The notes below the pieces were generated by a model. That model made no database searches, had not been told where the DNA came from, and was given only the letters and a program-made list of their open reading frames with translations. Positions 1-12,700 of a stretch of DNA of 64,000 nucleotides are shown piece by piece. Location: the NCBI GenBank assembly GCA_001179505.1, contig CDMY01000013.1, forward strand, positions 148,527 to 212,526. The letters run 5' to 3'. Numbering within the stretch: position 1 is the first letter of the stretch; each line of letters opens with the position of its first letter. The translations under genes were made by a program, and so were the position numbers. This DNA is from Vitrella brassicaformis CCMP3155. Lineage: Eukaryota; Protista; Chromerida.

Positions 1-3000
1 AATACAATACAACATATGACGGACGGCATCTGTGTGTGGGGGTCTGTCTGTCGGTCTGAATGATGAGAGTAGGTGAGGTGCCTCCAAACGAACCGTATGC
101 GTGCATGTTTGTGAACTGGAATCGTGGGTCGGTGGTGTTGATCTGGGAGGTGGTCGACGGCCAGAAGATGTGGTGCGCCCCGCCGCCCTTGTCACACGCG
201 AAACGCAAAACAACCTTCTCGTGACAGCCCATACCAAGATGACCAATCGCCCTTTTAGAACAAACAAACGAAACACACACACACACACAGTGTGTATCCA
301 CCCAGACAGACACAGCTACGACACTGACCTCTGTTTGTCCTGCGAGAGTGGTGGTTGGAAGTCGACGGCAGCCCCCTGGCTGCCTTGCAGCACCCCGACG
401 GGAACGGTGCACACCACACCCCGGCTGCGATACTCAAAGCCCTCGCGCGTCGTCACCTCACAGTGCACGCCACCACTCGCCGCACCGGACGTCCGCAACG
501 TCACACGACTCACAGTCTGCATGGGCACATCACATACACACACACAGAGAGATGTGCCCATGTAATTTGCATGTCGTGCCGTGCCTTGGCGTGTTTGTGG
601 GTGGCTGCTTACCCGGTTGCAGTGGATGTATGGTTTGACGGTGTCGAATCGCTGCTCGATGAATGGTGTGAGTCCACTGACGGCCAGGCGGCAGGGCATG
701 TCGTCGGTCAAGAGGCCGCCCTTGATGCGCTGGCGGCTGCTCGTGATCTTGTCCAGGTCACGCATCCGCCGATCCAAGTTCTGACGACGCCTGCAGTGCA
801 GAGGGGCCAGAAACATAGCGACACGGCTGACTCCATTAACGTTCCCCCTGTCCAGTCCCCGCATCTCAAGGTTCCTCACCTCTCGACAGCGTCTCGGAGT
901 CCGGCTGCATAAGGGTCGTCAGCGCTGCGTGGTGCGAGTGGCTGCTGGGGCAGGTAGTCGTCATCGATGGCGCGGTACCGCTCGTGGGACTCGAGCATCA
1001 GATCTCCCAGGCCAGGGTCGAACCACGACGCATGCTGAGGGAGGGACCATGGATGGATGGCAGAGACGTACACAGAGACGTACACATCACATATATTATG
1101 GGCGAATGTGTGTGTGTGTGGAGGGACTGGACTGACCTCTGTGGCGAGGGACTGCTGGTCGAGCGTGGCGCAGGTGCCCCACCACCGCATCCTGATCTTG
1201 TCCAACACAGCTGAACCAACAGCACAGACAGATGTCACTGTGGCTGTGTCCCCATTGCCTGTCACCTTGTCTGTCTCTCGTGTCAGTCACCTTTCTGTAT
1301 GTCAGTGAGGCCATCGATCCCTAACCGCTCCAACACCACCATCAACGCATCCTCGTACGCACCAGACAGCGGCTGACACAACACAACACAACCACCATGC
1401 AAATCAAGTGGACCGACCACTCTATCCATCCATCCATCCAGGTCTCTCTCTCTCCCCATCGCCCATTGCCCCACTCACGATGCTGGCAGCGCCGGTCTCG
1501 CGCATCCTCTGCTTGTACATGTGTAATGGCGAGTCGATGTGCCGCCCCTCCACCAGCACCAGCTTGCCCAGGCCGTCGTGCTCACGCCGCTCCCACACAG
1601 GGGGGTCCTCGCGGCATCTCGACAGGTCGGTGGTGGACGTGGGCAGCTGATGAAGGGGGGGATGGGTGATATGTGAGTTGGCCGATCAGTGGCTCGCGTG
1701 TGCGTGTGCGTGTGTGTGGGTGGTTACCATGTCGTCTCTGTGCAGGTCTTCAGCCCACTCGTGCAGCTCGGCGGCGACTTTCTGCAAGCGAATAGGGAAC
1801 ACACAGTGAGACTCCCATATGCGGGTGGGTGCGTGGCCTGCGCGTGTATCCCGCACCTCTGCAATGATGCTCATTTTGACGTTTGTTGAGAAGGGCAGAG
1901 CGACGTTGTACTTGGTGTCGTAGTAGCGACAGTAGTCCGTCGGCTCGTTGTAGCCATTACCTACAACACACACACAGACACACAGACACACAGACACAGA
2001 AAGAGAGAGAGAGAGAGAGAGACAACGACCGCAAGTGCTGCTTTTGCCACCGCGGTATATATCGTTTTCCATCCATGGTGGTGTCTGCCCTTACTTACCG
2101 GCGATGAAGCCGAACTGCATTCGATGCTCGAGGGCCTCACTGCAAGCAACGAGCCGGAACAGGCCCCATGGTGGTTCATTCTCCTCTCTCTCTGCGTGTC
2201 TGCGCGTCTTACGTGTAAAGTGGGTTGTCTCTGTTAGCCTCGTAGATGTAGTCGGCGCCGACCTCGACTGTTCGCTCCTCGTCATCGGCAGCGCCGCCCT
2301 TCTTGCCGCCGCCCTCGAGCCTCACATGGCTGATGCGACCACCCATCCTGCAATACGCACAGACAGACAGACATGTGTGACATCACCATGGCCGCGTGTC
2401 TCAGTGTGTTGGCCTACCTGTCGCGTGCTTCGAGGATGATGACTTTGAATCCCTTCTTGACCAGCCTCTTGGCGCACAGCAGCCCCGCAATACCCGCACC
2501 GATCACAATCACGTCAAACTGCACACGTCGCGTGACATCACCACACGCACACGCACACACACACCTGCTGGCTATTCATTCCTCCCTCCCTCCGTCCGTC
2601 CCAGCTTTCTTACTGACCGCGTTGGTGTCCCTGTCCATGTAACTGTCCCACACCTCGCCGCCCAGCAGCCCCTCAGACATCGGGAGGGAGGGCTTGGGCA
2701 CGTGGGGGCCGCCGCCCTTGAGGTACTTGATGAACCGGCGCGCACCTTGGTGGCCCAGCCAGCGGATCGCCTCCTCGTCCCACCTACAATCGACGACCAT
2801 AGACAACGAGTGCTGTCTCTGTGTGTGTGTGTGTGTGTGTGTGTGCTCCGAACCGCATGGCGGCCTTGTCGAAGGAAGGGTATTCGCCCAGCAGCCGCTC
2901 TTTGCCGTTGAGGTGGAAGCGGGGGACGTACATGTTGCTGGTTGGGTCGAAGGTGATCCTCTGGGCATAGTGGTAGGCGGCAGAGGGACCCACCACTGAC

Positions 3001-5774
3001 TCCCACGACCGACGCAGCAACTCATCTGCACAACACACACATATACACAACACACACAATTCCGTTGCCAGCGTTGTCCCGTTTTAATCACTCCTACCCT
3101 CTCTCGCTCACCATCGTGTGGGATGGCGTCCGCCCTGTTGCCCTTTTCGCGGTGCATGCCCATGGCCTCCTCAACCGCCTTCTCCCGCCCGTACCAGAAG
3201 CCATACTTCCTGGCGCTGAGCCCCGAGACCTTGTAGTTGGTCCGCACCTCCCAGCACTTGCCCTCGTACTTGACGGTGAACTTGCCCCCGTATTCAACCG
3301 ACGGCAGCACCGGCAGCGACCCGCCCAGCTCGTCCCAGCGGTCGGCCGGCGGGTCCTCCGTGTAGCACTTGCCGATCTCCTGCGGGCAGAAGTTGCCGTA
3401 GTGCGCGGCTGTCAGGGACCTGGCCACTCGGGTGGGCACGCTCTGGGAGGAACGCTCACGCGGAGGGAAGGGGAGCGGGGGCGACGGGAGGTCGATGTGG
3501 AGCTGTTTGGATCGCACCCGGGGCCTCTCCTCGCCCACGGCGGCCATCTCCACATCAGCAACACCCTTCTTGCCTGCTTTTGCACGAGCCGGCAAGGCCT
3601 CGCTGAGGGGCATGTTGTCGTCTGGGGAGCTGGGGGCGCGGAAGAGGTCGGTGAAAATGGGGTTGATGCCCGCGTCGGCGAATGGCGTGTCTCCGCCTCC
3701 GAGCCCGGGCGGCGCCGCAGCCTTCTTGGCCTTGCTCTTGGTCTTCTTGGGTTCGCTCTTGCCCTCTGCGGCCTTCTTCCTCGAGGCAGGTGCCCTCTTG
3801 GCAGCGCCCCCGGCCTTCTCGTGGCACCAGGTGGGGACGGGGATGTCAAGGGGGTTGATGGCTCCGGTGCGGATGGCGTTGAGTCGGTCCTCGACGACCT
3901 GCCGGACGTTCTTGAGGTGGTCGATAGCGAACTGCCTGGCGCGGAGGTAGCCGTACTTGCGGGCGGCGAAGCCCTTCATGCGGCTGAGCTGTCTGCTGGT
4001 ATCGGGGTCGATCGGGGGAGGGTACTCACAGTCAACTGAATCATCGATGGATGGATGACACAGTCAGTCAAATATGAGGACACGTAGACGCGCATCTGTA
4101 TGGTAAGGTATGTGTGATGTATGTCAGTCAGTTTGCTCACTGAATGCCTTCTTCCAGTAGACGCTGTCGATGACGGCCACCCATGAGGTGTCCCGCACGT
4201 TCCACCGGATGCCCACCACCTTGAGGGCGCCACTCTGCGCCACCAGATCCCACGCGTCCGGGTGAATGTCCATGTACTTGATCACTAGCGTCGGGTCGTT
4301 CGCACGAGCAGCTACACACACCACACCCACCCAACAGGAAAAAATCAACAGAGGTAAGTTAGTTAGTGAGATGTCAATCCATGTGCTGGGCGTGTGTTGG
4401 CTGGGCTGGGTACCAAGATCTTTGGATTTGCTCTGCGACGCCTCGATGGCCAGCTCACGCGCCTTGAGGAAGCCGAAGCGTCTGGCATGGAACTCTCTGG
4501 CGTGTCGTGGCCGGCCGGCGTATCGGTAGGCGCACCACACCATCCGCCATGGATGCCACTTCACCTTGGGCAGCTCGGGCAGCTTCTCGGCCGCCTCGTC
4601 CCATGCGGACGGGTGAAGGTCGATCTCGGGCACTGACGACCACACCAACAGATGAGCAGATAATAGGAGTACATTTCTTTGGTACATCCATGCGATCGGT
4701 GCGGTGCGCACCCACCAGCGTCCGAGAAGTCTTCAACCGGTGAGGTGGGGCTGGCCAGGTCTTCACTGCCCTCATTGGACACCGTCCTGCCAAACCCACC
4801 AGCGCCCTTCTTGCCAGCGGCACTCTTCCTCTTGGCCGATGGTGGGGCGGACGACAGGCCGCCCCTGCTGCCGCCCCTCTTGCTGCCGTTGCCGTTCCTC
4901 CTCTGGCGTGCGAGGGCGGGGTCGCTGCCGCTCTCGGATGGAATCTCCTCCATGTGCTCATCCTCATCTGACCAGCCGTACCGCTGGCCGGTGATGGGCT
5001 TGAGGCGCATACGCTTGGCCGGCAGCGAACCCATACCCTCCTCTATACCTGATCAATGAATGCACGACGGAATGATGGTCATAACATAATGCCATCCAAT
5101 GTGGCCCAAATGCACTCCCCTCCATGACCTTGGTGGCCGACTGACTGACCTTCATTGTCGTCTTGGTCTTCGCTCTCCTCGTCCTCCATTCTCCCGCCGA
5201 CAGTCGCCAAGTCCTCCAGCACCCGACCGCCACGACCCGAGCCGTTTCGAGCCCTCTTCTTGCTCGACGCCCCCGCAGCCGAGGCAGCCCGGCCGCCTCG
5301 ACCCCGCCCTCCCCTCCCACCCCTCTTGGGAGCCGGAGGTCGAGGGGCCATGCCTCTGGCAACCGCGCCTGCATCCCAGAAGGGCATAGGGCGCGACGGC
5401 AGGCCTCCCACCATCGGATGGGAGGGCGGACGAGGCAGCCTTGGGTCGGGCAGGAAGCGGGGATGCGTCACAAGGAGAGGTGGGAAGGGGAACGGCGCTC
5501 GGAGAGAGGGCGCACGAAGGGGCTGCTGGCCGGTGACCGGCGGCCATCGCATTTGGAAGAGAGGTCCCGGCAGCGGATGTTGGGTGGGCACAGTTGCACC
5601 CCGCCCTGCGGCCTGGCCAGCCTGTTGCTGCTGCTGTGATGACTCGGGCGGTGAGCCAGGGAGGCGGAATTGAAGCAGCTGTGGCAGGGGCGGTAGGCTG
5701 GGAGCTCGCGGGCGTGTAGGACTGGTGCTGCTTGCCGCAGCCGCAAAGGTAGGACTGGACTGCGATGGCTGCAT
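1..5774 (-). CDS. Multi-AP2-domain protein fused to a C-terminal FAD-dependent amine oxidase (LSD1/KDM1- or polyamine-oxidase-like); 3' end runs off the window
   Basis: Exons were joined by hand at GT..AG sites and stay in frame: exon ends/starts at 5150/5048, 4716/4632, 4414/4311, 4141/next, 3112/next, 2618/2518 and 2418/next. AP2-like blocks: [31 protein letters not shown]; [31 protein letters not shown]; [18 protein letters not shown]; [38 protein letters not shown]. Oxidase motifs: [73 protein letters not shown]. The start codon (ATG 5774) is a best guess. Confidence 0.85.
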
Positions 5775-6163
5775 CCGTCGCCTCGTCGGTAGGGTAGATT
5801 CACTCACCCAAGATGAATAACTCGACCTGTGGATGCTCCTGCTCGCCTAAACGCCTCTGACTGCCGCGCCTCAGAGGCAATCGGCGGCCTTTCCGGTCGC
5901 GAGTCTCTCTGGCAGCAAGATCGTCAGGCACCGCAGGAGCGGACAGCGCTCAAGCTAGGCATCTCCAGCATCATCTCGGGAACGCGCACTGTCCGTCTGC
6001 TTGTCCAAGAAGAACTGCAGCTCGCACTTCCCCCAGCGGTTTCAGCTCGCACTTCAATGACAACGAAGGAGAAGCCTACGAGGAGGCAGAAGGATGCACG
6101 TGGCGCTTAGCTGCACGTTTCCAAAGAGATCTTCGCAGAATCGTAGGAGATCAAGTAGCCTGA

Positions 6164-8563
6164 ATGGTTGGCGATGAATCAGCTGCTATGAGGAGCCATT
6201 CATCAAGCGGCGGCGAGCATATTCATCGGCCAGCACGCCTTCCGCCACTCTGTCGGCGCCGCCCGCCTTCTTCAGCATGTCCATGTGGCTACACACGCGT
6301 CGAGGATACGAGCGGGTGGACGTGTTCTGCATCATCCATCTTGCCCTTTGTTGGGAGCACCAGGCGCCAGCGCCTTTGCCCTCTGTCCCTTCTATTCGCC
6401 CTCCTGCCCTGGCTCTTCTTTTTCAGTGCTTCCAGCTTCACCCCGCCAACCCGTCTCTACTCACGGCACAATGTCAGGCCACACCATGCCCACGTCAACG
6501 GTCCACCTGATCGGCCTCACGCTGCGACATCTCCAACGCTCCCACCGGTGCGGCAGCGGCTGACGAGTCATGACGTGTGCGACTATCTTTTCCTGGTGCC
6601 GGGGGGGCTAGAGGGCGTGGCAGCCGACTACATATCGTCACGGCTCGGTGTGCCTCGAGAGGCGATAGTGATCTTGCCGAGGGAAGATAGTGGGTGGGCT
6701 GGTGGCGGCAAGCTGGTGGTGTCGGTGAATGCGGCACAGGTGTCTATCGACAGGCTCAGGGCGCTCGGCCTCACCCCGCTGTACGCCTACGTCCTGGCGA
6801 CCAGCGGTGTCCCGATCCGCGACAGGCGGCACGCCAGCCACCAGATTCAGCGGGTGCTGCATGAAGCCGTGCCTGCGATGGAGAAGGCCCTCGTCACATG
6901 GGCAGAGTGGCAGGGAGCCGTGCAGGGCGACCAGACCGTGTGGGAACGGATACGCGACCGGTCACTCAAGATGAGGGGGTGCTGCGTGCGCAGCGGGAGG
7001 CACAAGTATGACGCCATGGCCGTCATCCGTATGATGAACCGGGCTTTGGCCAATGAGGGGTGGAGCGTGGAATTGCACGACGCCGAGTGCACCCTCGTGG
7101 GCTTCCTCGACGGCAGCCGACTCACGATCGCCATCCCCTTTGCCCCGATGTCCTCCTCACCGTCCTCTTTGCGGCGGGAGGAAGTGCCTTATCGGGTGGG
7201 TATGTGTGCTGTGCATGTCAGAAGCAAGGCAACCATCCTCAGCCCGTCAGTTGTTTCTTCGTTGATGCGTGTGTGCGGATGGATCCTCAGGCCGTGTCGA
7301 TGCATTTCCAGTTCCACGATCTGCATCGCTCGCTAGCCGTGCTCATGGCCCATCTGGCGCTCGACGGCGTGCGGTCGGGTGCTGTCGTGATGGACCCCGT
7401 GAGCAGCTCGGGGACCCTGGCCATCGAAGCCGCTGCCATGGCGCCCAACGTGACAGTGCTGTGCTCCCATCCAAGGCCCATGGGCAGTGTGCTCACCAGG
7501 GCAAACTCTCTCAAGGCCAAACGAATGGGACACTTCAGGTCAGCCTGCCTGCCCGATGCGGTCGGTCGGTACCTTCTGTCTGATAGCGATACTCTTCCTT
7601 CCTGATGTGTGTGTCTTTATTCTCCATCCATCCGTTGATGCCTGCAGTGAGGGGAGCCGTGTGGAGGTGGTGGGTGCGTTCCCTCCCGTCCCCCTCCCGC
7701 CCCACCTGCTGGACGCCATCGTCATGTGCCTCGCCCCATCCGAAGAGAGCGAGGAGTTCCGGCACGCTGGAGACGCCATCGGCTTCCTCGCCGACTTCTG
7801 CAGCAGGGAGGCCATCAGGCTACTCCGGCCCGGTGGGCGGCTCGTGTGCGCGCTTCGAGACTGCCGCAACCCCTACCCCGTGCTGTCAGCCCTCAACGTC
7901 ACGGCGGCCGACCGCATCACAGTCACAGAGGGGCCGGCAATCGTGCGTCCAAGGCCCACCACACTTCCTTCTTGTCGTCAGCAGCCATCTGTTGGTGTAT
8001 CGCAGCGGCCCTTTCCTTCTTCAGTGCGCCGGCAGCCTGGCTGGGGCGGCGGGGGTGTAGTGGGCAGTGGAGGACTGCTCAGAGACACGGGGCTATCCCG
8101 GCGGCCGACAGTGGTGGCTGCATCGCCAGACAACGATGGCCTCGAGCACCACTCGGTGCTCGACTCGCAGATGCAGCAGCACGGAGAGGGAGGGGGAGAG
8201 GGGGGCGACATGTGGGCGTCGGCGACGGTGTATCGCGTCTTGTGTCGCAACGACCGGTATCGGCTGTTCGTGCTGACCAAGCGGGGTGGCCATGATGAAG
8301 CAGACAGGACCGAGGAGGAGGATGGCTCGGCCAGCCGGCGCACGGAGCTGTCGAGGCTGCTGGAATCGATCATCGACGGGCGATGGGCCGACGCCCCCGA
8401 GCTTGAAGACAATGACCATGGACATGATGATGACGAGGATGCTTCCGATGCAGCTGAGGATGGACGTGTGTCTGCGCTGCCCATGCGTGCCCTGCATCGT
8501 TGGCCGGTGCGCAGGAGGCTGAGGACGGCATTTGACCAGGGATGGCAGGCGGTGAGACAATGA
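6164..8563 (+). CDS. THUMP-domain + class I RNA methyltransferase-fold protein (THUMPD2/3, Trm14/RlmL-like); SAM motifs degenerate
   Basis: The N-terminal YLFLVPGGLEGVAADYI and the RGCCVRSGRHKYDAMAV..GWSVELHDAECTL block fit THUMP/NFLD. These are followed by LHRSLAVLMAHL..VVMDPVSSSGTLAIEAA and REAIRLLRPGGRLV. In-frame introns lie at about 7196-7290 and 7540-7647. The 5' end is uncertain. Confidence 0.7.
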
Positions 8564-8740
8564 GGGAGTCAGAGAGGGAGGGATGGAGGGGGGAGGGGCT
8601 GTCTGCGAATGAAGTGCATACGTGAAGAGAGAGACACGAACCAGAGGAGCGAGGGAGGGAGGGAAAGGTACGCCGGACGGACATTTTTGGGGATTCACTC
8701 GGACATCAGATCTGTGACTGAAGGGGGGGGGGGGGGGGGG

Positions 8741-9040
8741 NNNNNNNNNNNNNNNNNNNNNNNNNNNNNNNNNNNNNNNNNNNNNNNNNNNNNNNNNNNN
8801 NNNNNNNNNNNNNNNNNNNNNNNNNNNNNNNNNNNNNNNNNNNNNNNNNNNNNNNNNNNNNNNNNNNNNNNNNNNNNNNNNNNNNNNNNNNNNNNNNNNN
8901 NNNNNNNNNNNNNNNNNNNNNNNNNNNNNNNNNNNNNNNNNNNNNNNNNNNNNNNNNNNNNNNNNNNNNNNNNNNNNNNNNNNNNNNNNNNNNNNNNNNN
9001 NNNNNNNNNNNNNNNNNNNNNNNNNNNNNNNNNNNNNNNN
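8741..9040. other. Assembly gap (300 N)
   Basis: N run preceded by a long G homopolymer. Confidence 0.99.
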
Positions 9041-9705
9041 GGGCGTTGGTTTTTCTCTTGAGTGAATCTGAGGGGGTGAGCCCCTGGGGATCACACGGAT
9101 CGCTCCTCGTTAGTTAACAGACCCGACCTAACTGTCTCCAACTCATTCGTCGCATGTGGGAAATTTCTTTCATTCAGAGCGCCTAGGCAAAAGGTCCGAC
9201 CGTCATATCACTGTCCGTGTGAAGTCTTATCAGCTCATGCTCTCACCATGCACCATTTGCGATGAGAACACATCAAAGCTCATGCATGCATTGCATCAAT
9301 CAACACGTGCGCACATGCCATGGATGCAGACAGACATACATGTCCCTTTCACCCGCAAGAATGTGTGTGTGTGCTCGTTTGTTTATCTACAAAGGCAGGC
9401 AGGCAGGCAGGCAAACTGGCAGGCCGGGGGCTGGAGGAGGGGAGGGGCCAATGCTCCTAGTGAGCGAGTCAAAACTAGCCAGATAGATACATGAACGTTC
9501 ATGTGAGGAAGGATGCTATGCTACACGGCCGCCTCCATCCATCCATCCATCTCCATCTCTCTCTTCGGGTGTCTGTCGATAAGTCGTCCATCTCTCTCTC
9601 TCTCTCTCTGTATCTACACGTGTGGCTACATCGTCTGACTGCCTGTTCCCTGCATCCATCCATCCCTGCCTGCCTGCCTGCCTGATCCGATCCATCGTCA
9701 GTCAG

Positions 9706-12700
9706 TCAGTCAGTGTGTCTGGCTTTCGTGTGGTACGGTACAGCATCGCCGATCGTTCCGCCCGCCACGTGTGTGGCTGCTCCAGCACCAAGACCCTCGT
9801 GCATCCGACGGTATCCGAAGGCCATGAGAGAATGGCCGTCAGATAGCATCGACAGCACCGAGTGTAGACGCTGGAGCAAGCCACACACTGTCGTAGCCAG
9901 CAGGCCAGCCAATTGAGCTAATCAATCTACACCCTCCATGAAATAGTCAGAACCATCCCGCCCCGCCGCACCCATGGCATGCCCGTGTGTATGCATCTGC
10001 TGCTACCTGCTACAAGGCCATCTGGGATGCGGCTCAGATAGGCATGTCTGTCTGTTGTGGTGTGTATGTGGGTGACGGCTCTGGCTCCTGCGGGGTGGGT
10101 GGTGTGTACGTCCAGTGGAAGTTGGACACGCGCCGGATGTCCGGCACAGACAAGGCACGGTGCCACTGAGAGAGAGGACCAACACACACACACACACACA
10201 CAAAAGGCACAAACAGGGCGAATGCACACGTGCAGTGCAACAGACAGACAGACTGGATGGATGCGTGTCGATGACTCACAATGCGGAACGAAGCGATCGG
10301 CGCACAGAGTGCCTGGCCCCCCTTGATGTAGTTGCCTGCAGGACAGGAAACGACACATACACAACATACATAAACCACAAAAGACGTATCATCACATCAC
10401 ATGCATGACACATGTCCGCCCCCCTCTCTCTCGGCCCTGTCCTGCCCGTGAGGATGCGTACCGATGGTGAAGGCATATGTCTTGGACTGCACACAGGTGC
10501 TGCCGACCAGTTGCCCGTCGACGTAGTAGCGCTGTCGGCCGCCCTCCCCCACCACCACCAACCTGCACACACAGCACACCACAGCACACATCAACCAGTG
10601 CAACATCTGTCTGTGTTGTGTGGCCGTGTGGGCGGCGTACGCGTGCCATCCCTGGAAGTCGTTGAACATGTCTGCGTTGCCGGACATCTTGAAGAAGAAC
10701 TCGAGCGGCGGCTGCCTGCCCTTCTTGGGCGGACCGTAGGCATTCTCGCTGCCGTCCAGCAACTGATGCAATGCACAGAGGAAAGGACGGTCTCTCTTCC
10801 TTTCCAGTCGGTCCCTCTCTCTCCCAGCTGACTGACCTTCTGACACGCCCTACAGTGGGAACGGGCGGAGCACTGCCGGGCGTGCTGCTCGGCCGCTTGT
10901 TTGTTGCTGACACACACACACACACACACATATATATACCCAGGTCACAACACGCCTCAGGCTCCCTGGCTCACTTGAGGTAGCAGCCCAGCGTGAATGA
11001 GCCAGGGCGGCGCTTGAACAATATCTGACACACGCCACAGTCCACACACAGGGGCTGCATTGCTGTGGTGTTGGTGACACCCATGTACCTACCTGATGGT
11101 CTCCATTGATGTTGGCTCCGTTCGGTAGTGGGTCGCAGCCGCGCACCAGCGTGCGCCAGGGTGGAGTCGTCCTGCGAGACTCGGCCTGCATCCATCCATC
11201 CATCCATCGATCCATCCCTTCTCTCCCTATGTTTGTGTATGTGTGTGTGAGGGAGGGAGAGCTGACCGGGGGGTCGCCGAGCGGCGGCTTGATGAACACT
11301 GCGATAGTCCACGCCTCGCCTGAACACACACCGCCCAGAAGGAGGGATGGACAAACGCAAGATGTAGATGTATGTGCGTGTCGGGTGGGTGCCTACTTAC
11401 CCAGAGGGACAGGCGGATCGAGAGCAACGATATCATGTGCGTGTGACTGCAACACGGCCGTGGCGTGTCGCACCAACGGGGGCCCATTCACCGGGGCCGT
11501 GGGACCTACACACACCCGATTGATCAACATACACGTGCATGCGCCTCAGTCAGTGTGGATGCTGTGCTGTACTGTGCTGGCTGATTATATGTGTGTCTGC
11601 ATCTCTCCTCTCCACTGAGTTACCGATGACGATGCGCGTCTGTCCGAGGCAGAGGACCTTCTTCTTTATGTCAGGGGGCATGGCGGGGCACCCATCGAAG
11701 CGATACAACCACGTGTGGGGGTCCGATGACTCTGCAGCAGCACGACTATCCACCTAGGGAGTACAGACACACATGACATGACATGACATGGCGGGGGGGG
11801 GGGGGGGGGGGNNNNNNNNNNNNNNNNNNNNNNNNNNNNNNNNNNNNNNNNNNNNNNNNNNNNNNNNNNNNNNNNNNNNNNNNNNNNNNNNNNNNNNNNN
11901 NNNNNNNNNNNNNNNNNNNNNNNNNNNNNNNNNNNNNNNNNNNNNNNNNNNNNNNNNNNNNNNNNNNNNNNNNNNNNNNNNNNNNNNNNNNNNNNNNNNN
12001 NNNNNNNNNNNNNNNNNNNNNNNNNNNNNNNNNNNNNNNNNNNNNNNNNNNNNNNNNNNNNNNNNNNNNNNNNNNNNNNNNNNNNNNNNNNNNNNNNNNN
12101 NNNNNNNNNNNGGACGACGGATGGACAGAAATCGCCTTGCCTTTGCTTGGGCCTCACCCTGAGTTCGCAGCAGGGAGTGAGGTCATTGTCTGGTCGGCAG
12201 CAGGCGGTGCCGAAGCACGAGTGCACACGAGGGTCCGGCTGCTTGCCTGCACACGCGGGGGTGCCTGGGAAAAGAGAACATACGGTGAGTGCATTCCTCG
12301 AACGTCTCTCTCCCGGTCCGTCCGTGTGTAGTGAGTGCATGTCTGTGTGTGCGCATACCTGTGAGCGGCTCGGCGGCTTTTTCGCCCCGCTGCATGCCAT
12401 TGATGTCTTCATTGATCGTCGCCACCTGTGCTTGAGGGTCCTGCAGACAGACACACGACGGACGGACACAACATACATACCGCAAGCCACACATACAGCG
12501 ACCACCACACACGCACCCGTCCCTCCCTCCCCCCTCCCTGCCCCTCTGCCCTGCCCTGCCCACCTGGTGGGGCCACAAATCGGTCTCTCGGATGGACCAC
12601 TGACGCGTCCGCCCTCGGGTGCTGCCATCGTCATGGGCACTCTGACCGCCAGCTGCTGCTGCTGCTGCCGGAGCAGGGCCCGACGGAGGAACGTAGTCCG

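Noticed and set aside
2740-5774. AP2 domains as part of a mobile element (HNH-AP2 endonuclease or AP2-integrase)
   Set aside because: I saw no HNH, tyrosine-recombinase or transposase motifs. The gene has ordinary spliceosomal introns and continues into an oxidase.
8093-9094. Long ORFs spanning N runs (also 11666-13075, 27226-27930, 34443-35370)
   Set aside because: Their length is an artefact of translating Ns as X.
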